Positions 29,850 through 42,908 of a stretch of 64,000 nt of DNA are shown here, one piece after another. The translations under genes were made by a program, and so were the position numbers. The stretch is taken from the NCBI GenBank assembly GCA_963693365.1, contig CAVNZM010000005.1, positions 1,984,001 to 2,048,000 of the forward strand, read 5' to 3'. Under the pieces are notes generated by a model that saw nothing but the letters and a program-made list of their open reading frames with translations, was not told the DNA's origin and made no database searches. Each line of letters begins with the position of its first letter. The first letter of the stretch is position 1. This DNA is from Amoebidium appalachense (lineage: Eukaryota > Protista > Ichthyosporea).

Positions 29850-32206
29850 ACGAAACACGAAAGGATACGCATTATTATACAGCAAGACATTGTTTTATTG
29901 CTTCTTTTGAAGTGTAGGCCTTACGTTCTGTCTGAGGATGCATCCTTCTCGATATCCGTCAAAGTTTGGCTCACGCGGCCATAGAAGTCCGACTACATAT
30001 TCAAACCGATACCCCGCGCGGATGGCGTCATCAAACTCAGTACATTGTCACCCGCCACAACTTGAATGCATCTACTCAGTGTATGAGAGTCTCTAGATGG
30101 CCGTGGTGTATGAGTCTCACGTCACATTATTTCGGTCCATTATCAACCACAGCAAGTCAGACAGCAAGTCCACCTCAGCTGTTTATTCTGATGCTCTCTT
30201 GTAAAGCCATTGATTCTCGACGGCATGTATAGTTGGTCGTTCAGGGGTCATGAACCAGAGCAACTTGTGCGCACCAGGCATGTGCACTTTACAGGTGGCT
30301 GTGCTGCTGTGCTGCGCACGTGGACCTGTGGTCCGTAAAGCAGCGCTAGCCATATGGGCATTTGCTTTTTTTTTCAAGTCCGGACCGTGAGTACTTTTTT
30401 ATATTCTGGAAAGCCACACAAAGGTGGAAAGACATCATGGTGTCACGGATCCACGACCAACAACTTGTACTGTGACGCCGGCTAGTAATTACACGCTTTC
30501 AGAGTCTTTCGAACTACTGCACCACGCTCATTTTCTGTTCCCGGCCCACGCCGTGTGAGCTTTTGTATTGTAAGGCTTCCCGTCAACAACCAAGCTCCCC
30601 GCATCCAGGCTTTAGAAGTCACATATAAATGCCATATGCATCAGTAGAAAATACACCGTAGTGATCAGTGAGGTTCATCAAATATATCCAGGTCCCGCCG
30701 GACCCTGGTGTCCCCTCCTCCCCCCTCCCCCCCCGGTCCCCCCCCGCCCGGGCCCCATCCCTCCCCCCTCCCTCCCTCCCCTCCACATCCCCTCCCTCCT
30801 CCCTCGGCCCCTCCCCTCCCCCCCCCCCCCCCCCCCTAAAACTCCCTCTCCCCCGAGGGCCCCCTCTTTCGGCCAAGCTAACTAACCGCGGGGGTGGTGC
30901 ACGTGCCCTCCCCCCCCCCCCCCCCCCCCTCCCCCCCCCTCCCCCCCCCTCTCCTGGCCCCCAGGGGGTCCAACGGCTCCCTCCCTACTCAGTGCACACC
31001 ATAGCTACATATTTATGCTTCCCCTCCTGCCCCCTCTCCTCTGGATCACCCCTTTCCCTGCACCAAGTGGTATTATGGGGGGAGGGGCCCCTGGGACCAC
31101 AACCATCAACTGAGTTACTTCTAAAGTTCGTTCTGCCCCCTAATATGCATGTGCATGCGTGTGGGCGTCTGCGGTGTGTGTGACATGTATGTGGGTGGGC
31201 GTACGCGTGAGTGCCCCTTGACTGCATGTGTTTGTGCCACATAATGCATTCGGCACGGACAACTTCATTAGTGGTCTGGTGTGTGTGAGCTAGTGTGTGT
31301 GTCGTAACCATTGTGGCATTTTTTTAATTTATTATCAGGGGTTGTTCCCGGAGGGCCTATGTAGACCCTCTAGGGAAACTACCGTCTACCACACAGGCTG
31401 TGCACCGACAGCACACTAGTTAGGGTGCTATCTATGACTTCAGCTAAGCTAAACCATTCTTCACAAAACCTAACTCTAAGTACACACTTTGCCCACGGTT
31501 ACTACGCCAGCCACGCCGGCAGGAGGCACCAGTCCTCCCCTCGACTCAAAACCTACTAATAACCCACTGGCTCTCATTGGTCGATCTACAGTAATGGAAT
31601 GTCCGAAGGTTGTGTGTTGTGTTTACGGGGGGTAGGGGTGGATGATGGAGTGTGGTGGTGGTGGTGGTGGGGGGTTGCTGCCTAACATGTGTTGTTGTAC
31701 ATACTTTGTGGCAATGCTCTTGTGAACTAAAAGGTGTGGTTTGCAGGGCACAGTGGGTCTGTGTGTGTGCCGGCAGTCAAGGCAGGCTGGCCGGGTGTGT
31801 GTGGGGGGTGTTTTTGTGTGTGTTTTGGTTTTGGGGGGTGCCGTGCTTTTCTTTCTACGCCCGGTGGTGGTGGTGTGGTGGTGTTTTAGCATTTTGGGGT
31901 GGGTGCACGGGGGAGTGTGGTGTTCGGCGTAGGTGCCAAATTTTAGAATAGAAAAAAGACTGCAATTCTACTGTGATTTTTCCTATGCTGACCCTGATGG
32001 TGGTTTCGGTGGTGTAAGCATTGTGGCAACGTTGTGCAAGTTGTGTGGACGCAAGCAAGAATGTGCGCGATTACCTATACCTGGCACTGCATTTGTCTCC
32101 CGAAGCACAAGGGGACCACGTGTGTATACACGTGACACATGTATATACACACACCCCCTGTGTGTGTGTGCATGGCACTGCATGTGTCTGTGTCTGTGCG
32201 GGTGTG

Positions 32207-32285
<79 letters not shown>

Positions 32286-33309
32286 ATCAGTGATTCAAAC
32301 TGTGCCACACGGTGCCTTCAGTTCCATTTGGTCTTAGGCACGGACGTGCACGTGTCTTCCGTGATGTGTGTGTGTTGATGCTTGTGTGTGTTTCTGTTGT
32401 TGGTGATGCATGCATACATTGTTTGCGCCAAAGAGATTGTTTTGGGGGGGGGGGGGGGGGGGGAAGGGTTTGAGGAGGGGGAGGGGAGGGGGGAGGGAGC
32501 TACCTACTGAGGCGGTGTCTCCTTTCTTTTTTTTATTTTTATTTTTTTACTTAAAAGGGACGGTAGATGTATAACGTCGCACGTGCGGCAACACGTCAGT
32601 ACGTGTTAGGGGAGGGAGGGAAAGAGAGACTGGAGAGTTGCAGGGGGAGGGGGGGGGGGGGTAGGAAACTATTACTGAAAGAGAGGAAAAGGGGAAGAAA
32701 GCGTCTCACGTGTGTGTGCGCGCATCGTTTACGTGCCTTCACACGTACGTTTGAGCATAATACACTATGCCGGGGAGCCTGCCAGTGTGAGCGTCCGTGA
32801 GTGTGTGTGTGTGTGCGTGTGTGTGTACCTGCATGCGCATGCCGGGGCAGGTTTGCGTGTGTGCACGCATGTTTGCGTCAATTTGAAATTGCCTGCTTGT
32901 ATGACGGTTATGGTTCTGCCAAGTTCTCCTGGCTACCCTTAATTAGTGTGTGGTGTGTTTGTGCTCTCCTGCGTGTGTGTGTGCGTGCATGCGTGCGTGC
33001 GTGCGTGCGTGCGTGCGTGTGTGCATGCGTGCGTGCGTGCGTACGCGCGCATGCATGTGTGCTTGGCGGGCGGTGGGTGCTGGTTAACCTTCCCCCCTCC
33101 CCCTCCCCCCTCCCCCCCCCCACACACACATCTACTGCCCCTTTGCCCGTTTAGAAATCAAAATCCTCCTTAGAGCCTAAGGCCCCTTGTGACACCTTGA
33201 ATCTTAAAGAACCCCCTTCCCTCTCCCGCCTTCTTGCCTCTAAGACTCACTCCGGATCCCCTTCCCCCTCCAGTCCCTCCCCATCCCCCACCACCACCAC
33301 AGACACACG

Positions 33310-33341
<32 letters not shown>

Positions 33342-33750
33342 ACGCACGCACGCACACACGCACATACGTGTATTCACACACCCTGTACACACACGCATGC
33401 GCGCGTGCGTGACACAATCATGACTCACACACAGACAGCCACTCCGGCGGTACAACGGTTGCGTCCTAGCCTGTCATAGTGGAAATGCGTCCCCCCCCCT
33501 CCCCCCCCCCCCCCCCTTCCCCCCCTTCCCCCCCCCCATCCCTTTCCCGCCCCCTCCGGACATACCCACACACCCACGCACCCACACGACATAACCCGAC
33601 ACACTGAGACACGCACACTTACTTACAGTTGTGCACGTCACGTGTTTACGTAATGGGCTTCAATAGTATCCGAATGATCAAAGAACCAGTACACAAGCCC
33701 ACCAGCCACCAGATCGTCGGTGCTTGCAGCTTAGTCTGCCACACATAATG
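29850..33750 (+). pseudogene. Decayed GT29 (sialyltransferase-like) glycosyltransferase
   Basis: One frame runs from a hydrophobic anchor (YALLYSKTLFYCFF*SVGLTFCL) to a sialylmotif-L-like FSTACIVGRSGVMNQSNLCA (30214-30273), with four in-frame stops (29908, 30094, 30202, 30211). Remnants of the second half of motif L (DIMVSRIH; YCDAG**..FRV) lie at about 30430-30510. Motif-S-like pieces HSG/YNGCVLACHSG (33435-33485) and LCTSRVYVMGF (from 33629) each follow an AG acceptor. Boundaries are approximate. Confidence 0.55.
31319..32013 (-). mobile_element. Poly(A)-tailed retroposon 3' end (LINE/SINE-like) inside the GT29 pseudogene
   Basis: The minus strand ends with a hairpin (TTCCC..GAGGGTCT-ACAT-AGGCCCTC..GGGAA), then AATAAA and A7. 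A candidate 15-bp target-site duplication is GTAACCATTGTGGCA (31304-31318) / GTAAGCATTGTGGCA (32014-32028). The 5' boundary is uncertain. Confidence 0.5.
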
Positions 33751-34178
33751 TTTTTTTCCGCGATGTGTTTCAGATGTGATCTCTATCCCGGCATGACTAT
33801 CTATCCAAATGCCATGCCAATTTATTCGTATTATTTTCTTTTCTAACTTACGGTTATGTAGCCTTCCGAGTCAGCGATATCTCCGGTACACCGTCTATGT
33901 ATGGAACTGGTAGCGGTAGCACAAGGCTCTGATGGATTTTTCGGGATTTCGAGGATAGGGGAGTGGGTGGGTGGGTGGGGGTGTGGAGGAGGAGGAGGAG
34001 AAGGAAGGGGGTGGGGGGTGTGAGGAGGGGGCGGGGGGAGGGTGTGTGTGTGTGTGTGTGTGGGTTGGGGGGGGGGGGGGGGGGGAGGGGGGAGGGTGTG
34101 GAGGAGGAGGAGGAGGAGGAAGGGGGTGGGGGGGACCTGTGGGAGGAGGGGGCTGTCAGGGGCAGAGGGAGGGGTTGC

Positions 34179-34209
<31 letters not shown>

Positions 34210-34624
34210 GGGGGGGGGGGGAGGGGGGAAGGGGGGGGGGGGAGGGGGGGGAAGGGGGGAGGGGATGTGGATACTGGCTTGCATCGATATCGGCTTGTGT
34301 GGAGGAGTAGGTAGGGATCTTAGGGACCCGGTGTGATATAGTATGTTTTCATGGGAATTTTTTTTTTAGCAAAACAAAATCGTCAAAATGCCCCCCCCCC
34401 CAAAAAAAAAAAAAGAAGGGGGGGGGGGGGATTATGGTGTCTGATTGCGGCATTGGGCACGTGAGAGAGGGGAAAGAGCACCCTTCGAGTACGAAATGCA
34501 TATGTACATTCACACAAGGTTTCAGGTCAATAGTATTCAGCAAGGGACAAACGTTTTTGCATGTGGCCATGTCTGGTTACTGGGTGCCATAAGAGTACTT
34601 TGGGTTGCGACATGGCATTTTGGA

Positions 34625-34663
<39 letters not shown>

Positions 34664-35132
34664 GGGGGGGGGGCTCTGGGGGGAGAGGGGGGAGGGGGAG
34701 GAGGGGGGGGGGGGGGGGGGGCGGGAGGGGGGAAGGGTGACAAGGAGTGACGGAGTGGCCGATTATGCGAGGATGCCGTGACTTTAAACTCATATCTATT
34801 ATATTTCGGAGCTGGTTTCCGCAACAAATTGCAACTTTATTTAGTTGCCAGACGATAAACTCTTGAGTGATTACTTGAATAGAATCTCAAAACCGCGCGA
34901 ATTGACAACCCTGGCACGTCGTTGCCAAATTCCCCTCGTATATGTATTAAACACTCTTTCGAGTTGCCGACCTACATTAAACCCGTTACCTAGCTATATG
35001 TATGAAATAGGCCTATGACAACCGGGAAACTGTGCATGCGTCATGATGGTGATATGCAGCCTGATGCCGTCATGCATGCGCAATATGCAGTCCTGCAAAA
35101 GAGAGCTTCAGCAGAAGCCCAAAACTGGACAG

Positions 35133-35169
<37 letters not shown>

Positions 35170-35210
35170 CCTACATCCTTTATGTATATGCATCAGTGTC
35201 CCATTCAAAT

Positions 35211-36290
35211 TTACGCTAGGGGTTCAACCAACAGCACCTCGATCTCCTGCACAATGAACGTCCCCAAGCTGCCGGCCAGATACGTCCGCGAGGGCGGGTC
35301 TCCAACTTCAAACTGGCGAGTCGAGCGACCCGTGGGAGCCGCACACGAGTAGCCAAGTCGAGTGGTCCAGGAATAGTTCAAACTGTAAGTCTGATGTGAC
35401 ATGTCTTTCCCCAGGACTCCAAATATAGGCCCAAACGACGACATGCAAGTGATGCTGCAGGTGCTCTCAGTAAAGGAATAAGGAGTATACAACTTCTTGG
35501 CGGCATATCTTTGTCGGTGCTCCGCGGTTTGGGCGGATCAGACTGAACAGAAATGCCTTTCCCTCCTTGGCGCCAGTGAAGCTGTCCCATCTTGCTGTCA
35601 CAACGAGGAATTCTTCGGCTGTCCACCCATTCTCTGTTGCACGATACAGGCGTTGAAGCATTGTTGCCCTCGAAGTCACATGACATCCTCCTCAGCCAGG
35701 AACCGAATGAGTGCCCTCTTGTTGGCACTGGAAGTTGCTGAAAGGATCAATGAGTCACTGAAAACATTCTCTTCGCTGACGTGTGGGTTTGTGTCCGTGC
35801 CCAACGGGTCCCGGGTCACTTCGCTTCGGGTTTCCGTCAAGGGGCAACAGCGCTCATGCGCATGCACTGCTCGCAGCAGAGCTCGAATCTCTGACTGGGC
35901 GTGTTGCGCCTGCTCTGTGGCCTCCCGAAGAGCACGGCGCTCTAGCTGTAGCTGCTGGAAGAGGTCGCCGAGACTTGAACAGATGCAGGCGTGGGTGCTG
36001 CAGCTGTGTAGGACGGGTAATTATAAGGGTTGGCAGGGGGTGGGTTGGCCGCAATTGCTTTGTGAAACTCAGGAAACCTCCAGAGAGAGCGGTATACAAC
36101 ACAAGGGCCTGATAAGTTCTAGCTGTAAATATAGAAATAGTCACACAAGAATGGAGAAACAGTATGTACATAGCATAAAACCTAAAAAAAAAAAATGGAA
36201 TACCTTGCACTGCATGTTCGCGTCATCCGATGAGTCAAAAACATCTAAGGCAACATACGGTTCTCAGTGATGCTCTTGTATTCATGCAAG
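35211..36290 (-). pseudogene. Frameshifted TLDc-domain gene remnant, preceded by a coiled coil and a possible B-box-like exon
   Basis: TLDc motifs are split over frameshifted segments: FSDSLIL, LQRLYRATENGWTAEEF, WDSF..KAFLFSL, SITCMSSFGPIFG, LGYS, YLAGSLGTFIVQEIEVL. The HxxCDxKGPT..GGY segment is missing. Upstream is a heptad-like stretch (LFQQLQLERRALREATEQAQ) and a Cys/His-rich stop-containing exon at about 36203-36290. Confidence 0.75.
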
Positions 36291-36381
36291 CAAAACGTGA
36301 ATAACATGCACAGTCATACATACACCTAAAGCAACACCAGCTCCTCTTGTATGTATGCAAAATTGACAGAATAATTATTTC

Positions 36382-36539
36382 TGGCAGTAAGAGCACGAAC
36401 ACGAACATGAGGCTCCTAAAAAGGGGCTACGTAGCCAACGCAACTCCAGAAAATCGTTGACAGTTTGCGCAATGGAGTTGCGTTGGCTACGTAGCCCCTT
36501 TTTAGGAGCCTCATGTTCGTGTTCGTGCTCTTACTGCCA
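36382..36539. repeat. Perfect 67-bp inverted repeat with a 24-nt loop
   Basis: 36382-36448 is the exact reverse complement of 36473-36539. Each arm contains the palindrome GGCTACGTAGCC. Confidence 0.95.
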
Positions 36540-36821
36540 TGAAGCCGGAAAGATTTCCGGCTTCATGGCCCGGAAGGGCTCACCGTAAGCCTCTCTCACC
36601 CCCGAAGTAGCTTTTTTGTTTGTTTTAAAAAAACTTTTTTTTGGCGCGCTTATTCCTACTTTTTTTATTGTTTTATAAATGTTTCTACCTTTTTTTATTG
36701 TTTTGTATATACCTGTGATCCTGTGCACACATACAGCACTGTCGCAAAGCCCTGCTCATATCCAAGCTACTAACCCAGATAACTCAACATTTGTGTCCTC
36801 TCCCTCTCTCCCCAACTTACC

Positions 36822-36943
36822 ATGGGCATTGCACTCGACTACCACGATAGCCTCCTGTATGACGACGACGTTAGGCTGCTTGAAGATGGGTTGTGGCTCA
36901 ACGACAAAATTATTTCCTTCTTCTATGAGTGAGCAGCAGCCCG

Positions 36944-36976
<33 letters not shown>

Positions 36977-37477
36977 CCCGCCCCCTCCCCCTTCCCCCCC
37001 CCCCCCCCCCCCCCCTCCCCCCTCCTCTTCCCCACCTCCCCCCGCCTCCCGGGGGCCCTTCTCCCAAACTCCCCTCTAGATCTCCCCCTGTCGGTACCCA
37101 CGCACCCTGCTCTTTGCTTTGGTACCCGTAGTCTTACACCTTCTCCCAAACCTTTTGCTCCCTCCCCCTCCTTTTCGATCCTTGTCGGAATCCCATGCTG
37201 CAAAGCACCTTCTCTTTTCCACTACTTGCAGGCAACTGTCAGATTATTGCACGGCCCAGGTCAAATCTGTTGGCATCACTGTGTAGCCTGACCAGGAAAA
37301 ATGACGGGTGCAGGTATCTTGAGTATGATGTGTTTCCTGACAACAGTGACCTGCTGTTTGTGTCTCCAATCACCAGCCACCTGATTGCACACAGCGGTAA
37401 GAGTGAAAGAGAGTCGAGCTTGGGGGGGGGGGGGGGGGGGGAGGGGGGGAGGGGGGGGGGGAGGGGGGGGAGGGGGG

Positions 37478-37508
<31 letters not shown>

Positions 37509-38172
37509 AGGGGGGAGGGGGGGGAGGGGGGAGGGGGGGAGGGGGAGGGGGGGGAGGAGGAAGGAGAGAGAGGGAGAGCGAGAGGCAGAAAGTGAGGGAG
37601 AGATAGAGGGAGAGAGAGGGGGAGCGAGAGCGAGAGAGAGGGGGGGGGGGGGGGGGGGGGAGAGAGAGAGAGAGAGAGAGAGAGTGTGTGTGTGTGTATG
37701 TGTGTGTATTTGTGGGAGATGGGGGGGGGAGGGGGGAGGGGGGAGGGGGGATTTCGGTGTGTAGGTGTCCCCTCGAGTATCTCTCTTTTGCCCCTTCTCT
37801 CTCTTTTGTGAGTACTGACGTGTTTGTGTGCCCGTGTGCCTTTGTGCCTGTGTGGCTGTGTGCTGGTATGCCGGTGGGCATGTGTGTCTGTGTGCTTGTG
37901 CGTCCGTGCATTTTGGAATGCATGTGCTGGTTGTGGCTGGTAGGGAGGAGGGAGAGTAGAGTGTTCTCTGGGTGTGGGTGTCGGGCTCAGGGGGCTGGAG
38001 AGGCCATGCCATGTGTGCTTATTTGCCTCTGAAGTAACTCTGTGTGACGTCTGGTGACGTATGAGCTTAGTACATAAAACATGCTACACACACGGGCCTC
38101 TAAAATGAAACTCTACTGATCGGCTCAAGAAGAATCGACGGAGGATTTTTTTTCTTCTTTTGTTGCCTCTTC

Positions 38173-38203
<31 letters not shown>

Positions 38204-38259
38204 TTCTCTCCTGTCATTTTCTTTCCTCTTTTCGGAGGTAGGGAGGAACGAGGGATTGT

Positions 38260-38325
<66 letters not shown>

Positions 38326-40753
38326 GGTTGGAGCGGAGGGGGATACACACACATACACACACTGAAAGGGGTATATTTTCAAATTCAGGGGCTGCAGAGG
38401 CTGCATTTGTGGTTGAGTCGTTGGACTTTGGCAGCCGGCAGCTGATCTTTGTGGCCGTGAACAACAACGAAAATGCTGGCGCAGCTGGCGGTAGCCATTG
38501 GTGTGCCCCCCCCCCCCCCCCCCCCCCCCCGGGCCCCTTCCCTCCACCCGGAGACTGTTAAAGACATCCACATTTTACACTGGTTGTCACTTTCGCGTTT
38601 AGAGTTGCCCGCCCCCTTCCTTTCCGTCCTCTCTGTGCTTGTGTTAGTGGATGAAGTGGCTACGGGGGCTGGATAGGTAGTATTCCATATCCTCCCATGC
38701 GACACACACACTCAGGTATCACGGGAGCCCACTCATTGCCCTCTCTTGCCTCGTATCCCTCTCCCCCCTAAGTTAGGTTCTTACACACAGATGTGCATGC
38801 ACCCACCCACCCACACATGCGCCTGCATACACCAGCGTGCACACACATAGGGACACGGGCATGCACGTGGCAGGCAGATACGAGCGTTCATGATGTGCGC
38901 ACACACACTCCCATGGCCGCTTTTGTGCACATGCACCCACAGACTCGCACATGCACTCCTACTTGCTCCACTGGCACAATGACATACATTTCCGTAAAGA
39001 CTGTACGTTTGTCTCCCCCTGGATAAACCCCAAGTCCCTCCCATCCCTCGTCTATAACCCCCCCCCCCCCTCCCCCCCCCCTCGCCCGTTTAAAGTGAAT
39101 CCTGGTAGTGTAATTCAAATCCCTCCCCCCCCCCCTCGGGCGGCCCCTTCATCCCTTTGGCAAGCGGGTTGTTCTGTTGTCGTGTGTGCCGCCCACAGTG
39201 ATCTCGCTAGATTACTTCTTTTACTCGGTGTTTCCACTCCTCTCTGCTTCCAATCAAACGTAAATGTGGCTGTGCTCCTTGTGTCCTGATTGGCTGACAT
39301 TGATCGTGAGAATGTGGGCGATTCTCACATGTTCCCGCCCAATCGCAGGAGCCTATTAGTATACGTACGAGCTAAAAATAGACTGCTGCTATTTGACTCG
39401 ATGGGGGGATACAACGATAGAGCTGCAAAGCGGATGGCCAAGCAACTGGCTGCCCTTGTCGGTGCAAGCAGTGAGTCCCCCCCCCCCCCCCCCCCCCCCC
39501 GTTTTATATCCAGTAATCCTTAATACCGTTTTGCTTTTTTTATTTATTTTTTATCATCCCCCCCCCCCCCCCCCCCCCTCCTCCCTTTCCCCCCACCCGC
39601 ACACACACACACACACACAACACGATCGTTATTATTGCACTGCATCTCGTGCACATTTGGGTCTCGAAATAAGTGTTTCGCGTGTCGGGATACAACACGT
39701 CTACAGTTGTCGGCAGCCTAAAGCATATAGGCAGCTTGTGAATAGGGATCATTGCACTTTTATTGGCCGCTCCATCCGGCCAATATGGAAACACAACATT
39801 TGTCCCATATGCATGGATATGTACATCTGATACATATGAAATACACCCCTTTGGTAATGTTAACTACTATCGGCCACAGCGCTAAGACCAAAAAACCGGA
39901 CACACTGATTAGATAACTACCAAAAAAAAAAAAACTAGATAACTAACGGCGGCGGTGGCGGTGGTGGTGGTGGTGGTATTATCTGTGTGACGTGAATACT
40001 AACAGGCTGCTAAAGACTGTAGGCATTATATTGTCCTTCGTGAATATGTACTTTGTACGCTGTAGCATATTTTCCCCATCCCGAGTTCCCTCTCTCTTTT
40101 CCTCCATCCCCCCCTCTCTCTACCCCACACCTCTCCCTGCTCCTCCCTCCTGCCCCTCCCCCTCAATACACACGTCAATGTGCCTGTAGATTTAAATGCA
40201 TACGCAGTGTGGAGCACACCGTTCGTGAAGGAATGTGTGTGTGTGCGTGAGGTGGGGGGGGGGTCATGTTTTTCCCCATTACGTACATCCCATATTTCTT
40301 TTGCCCTCCTTCTTACTCTGGGTCGCTGTCATCTTCTTGCCCACAGGCCCACCGACCGTTGAGGCAAGGCCTTCACCACAACAGCATAACGGTAAGAGCC
40401 CCCCCCCCCCCCCCCCCCCCCCCCCTCCCAGCCCGGCCACCCGCCCGCACTTCTCTCCATTTCCACTCGCCCGCACTTCTGTCGATTTTCTGAGGCATAA
40501 GGTGTCTTGATCTTCCTCTTTTCCTCATCAATCATTTCAGTCCCCCCCCCCCTCTCCCTCGGCCTCTTCCCCCATGCCCCCTCCGGCTTCCTGGTCCTTT
40601 CATCTGGCTAGTATGACGAGCATGCAATCAGTTTTTGTGCCCTTCTCGTTGATCCGTGAAAATGTAAATGGAGACACTCGAGAAACCGTCAAGGCCACCT
40701 GGCCACCCATTCACACACACAGACACAGGCGCGCTTGCACACGCGCGCGCGCG

Positions 40754-40829
<76 letters not shown>

Positions 40830-40859
40830 CACACACACACATGCACACACACGCGCGCA

Positions 40860-40892
<33 letters not shown>

Positions 40893-40917
40893 TTATATAT
40901 ATATGCATACACACACG

Positions 40918-40964
<47 letters not shown>

Positions 40965-41418
40965 CACACATAGACACACACACACACACACCGGTACACA
41001 TGACGTTCACACATGTCCTGCACACATAGCATCATACTCCTGCATTCAGGCTCACACACACACGCTCACACCAGCTCCCCCCCCCCCCCTCCCCCTCCCC
41101 CCTCCCCCCTTCTCCCTCCCCCCCCCTACCGGACCCGCCCTCCCATGCACTCTCACGCGCGCGCGCGCACACCCACCACAAACACACACACACACACGCA
41201 CACACATACACACACACAAACACACACACACACACAAACACACCCACACAGGCTATGACTGCGGCATGTACGTGCTCGTAATGACGACGTGTTTAGCCTC
41301 CAGCTACGTTGAGGGAAAATCTTTGGAGGGGGCCTGTGATGACATCAGCCCTGGTGACGTCACAGCCAAAAGGAGAGAGATTAAGGACCTGATAAAGACG
41401 TTGAATGCAAAGCAATAG
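36822..41418 (+). CDS. SENP8: NEDD8-specific protease 1 / sentrin-specific protease 8 (peptidase C48), 6 exons, 211 aa
   Basis: Exons 36822-36928, 37314-37396, 38389-38500, 39349-39470, 40347-40391, 41252-41418, all GT-AG. Motifs [45 protein letters not shown] (catalytic His), FDSM (Asp), [13 protein letters not shown] (Cys). Confidence 0.95.
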
Positions 41419-42601
41419 GGATGCATATGGGAGGAATTAACTATAGACCACTTGCATGTATGGGCAGAGTGATTTGGATTGGACTCTTGTGATGATCAAA
41501 AAATGACCAGTAGGTGGGCATCTGGTTTGCTGCGGGCCAGCAATGCATATGTACACCATCTATCGGCACCCTTTGATATGGAAATTTGTAGGAATGTTGG
41601 TGTGGGTTGAAGTAAATTAGGTCTTGTTTTTATAGAGTCAACAAATGAGATAAGAAAGGACACACCCTTGGCCTTGCCTGCTAGTACTCCAAGAATGCAT
41701 GCATGCATGCATGCATGGTGCCTGGTCAAGTTCACCTTAGTCTACGTAGTAAAAAGCGCACCTCAACTGTTACACATGTAGAAGAATTGGGGTAATTTAA
41801 AAGCGTGCGCGAGCGGTGTCAGTGGAGTATGTATGCGCACATGTGAACGTGAATATGTTTGTGTGACCCGAAGGTGCACATGTACATGCACGGGAAACCT
41901 CCCTGGCCTGCAGGTGGTGTACCGGTGGCCACTGGCGGTGCACGTGGTTGTGGCTGCTGCTGGTGGTGGTGGTGCACGGTGGTGTGGTGCGCGGGGAGGG
42001 GGAGGGGGGGGGGGGGGGGGGGGGGGGGAATAACAAACATGTGTGGTCAAGTTGAACAGCTCGGTGCATGTTTTCGTGCGAAAAGTTTTACGCTGTGCAC
42101 GTGATAATACACTCGTGTACACGAATGCATATCCTTTTTTCCCTTTGATCGAACGGTTGTGGCTGTGTGCAGGTGTCTGCAGCTGAGATGTGCTGTCGAG
42201 CCTAATTTTTTGCATTGAACATCAATTACATATCATAGTCCCCCCCATGCTGGAAGCAATACAGCCCGCACACTAACTATACGTTGACTTCATGATCAGG
42301 AGAGTCACTGACTTGAACATCTGTCAAGACAGAGCCAGCTGTTCTAAAAACCATTGCATTTATTGGTGTCTGGAGCAACGAGGGCACCTGATTATGGATT
42401 TATCAGAGAGAAAAATTTCTTTCAACGTCACCAAAATCATCTGGCACAAATGTCTCGGCAAAATGTCGGATGCTTGGCTTAATTCATATTTGCACCCAAA
42501 CAGACAACACAAAACCATTGCCGTCTGGACATGTGGATACCTAACGACTCTAGAACTATGTTTGGTTCACCAATGCGTCACGTCGATAACAACTGTACAT
42601 C

Positions 42602-42659
<58 letters not shown>

Positions 42660-42908
42660 GCTACATTGTCCAGGTGTACACATGTATAAAACCATATACC
42701 ATATGCAGGGTTATAACCACACTTGTAACTGCTGCATGTGTGTTTTTAACGTGTTGGCAAACATCCATTCAAAACAATACCCGCCATACCGTAATGCCCA
42801 CACGCTACACCCCCCCCCCCCCCCCCCGGCCCCCCCCTTCCCCCCCCCCCCCCAGGGATTGAGAGGGTAAAAACCAGAAACAAAAAAAAAAAAACAGGGT
42901 TGTAGCAC

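Noticed and set aside
29908-30213. Stop-codon reassignment or readthrough to rescue the GT29-like frame
   Set aside because: All three stop types occur, there are frameshifts downstream, and the intact genes terminate normally at TAA or TAG. Pseudogenisation is the simpler explanation.
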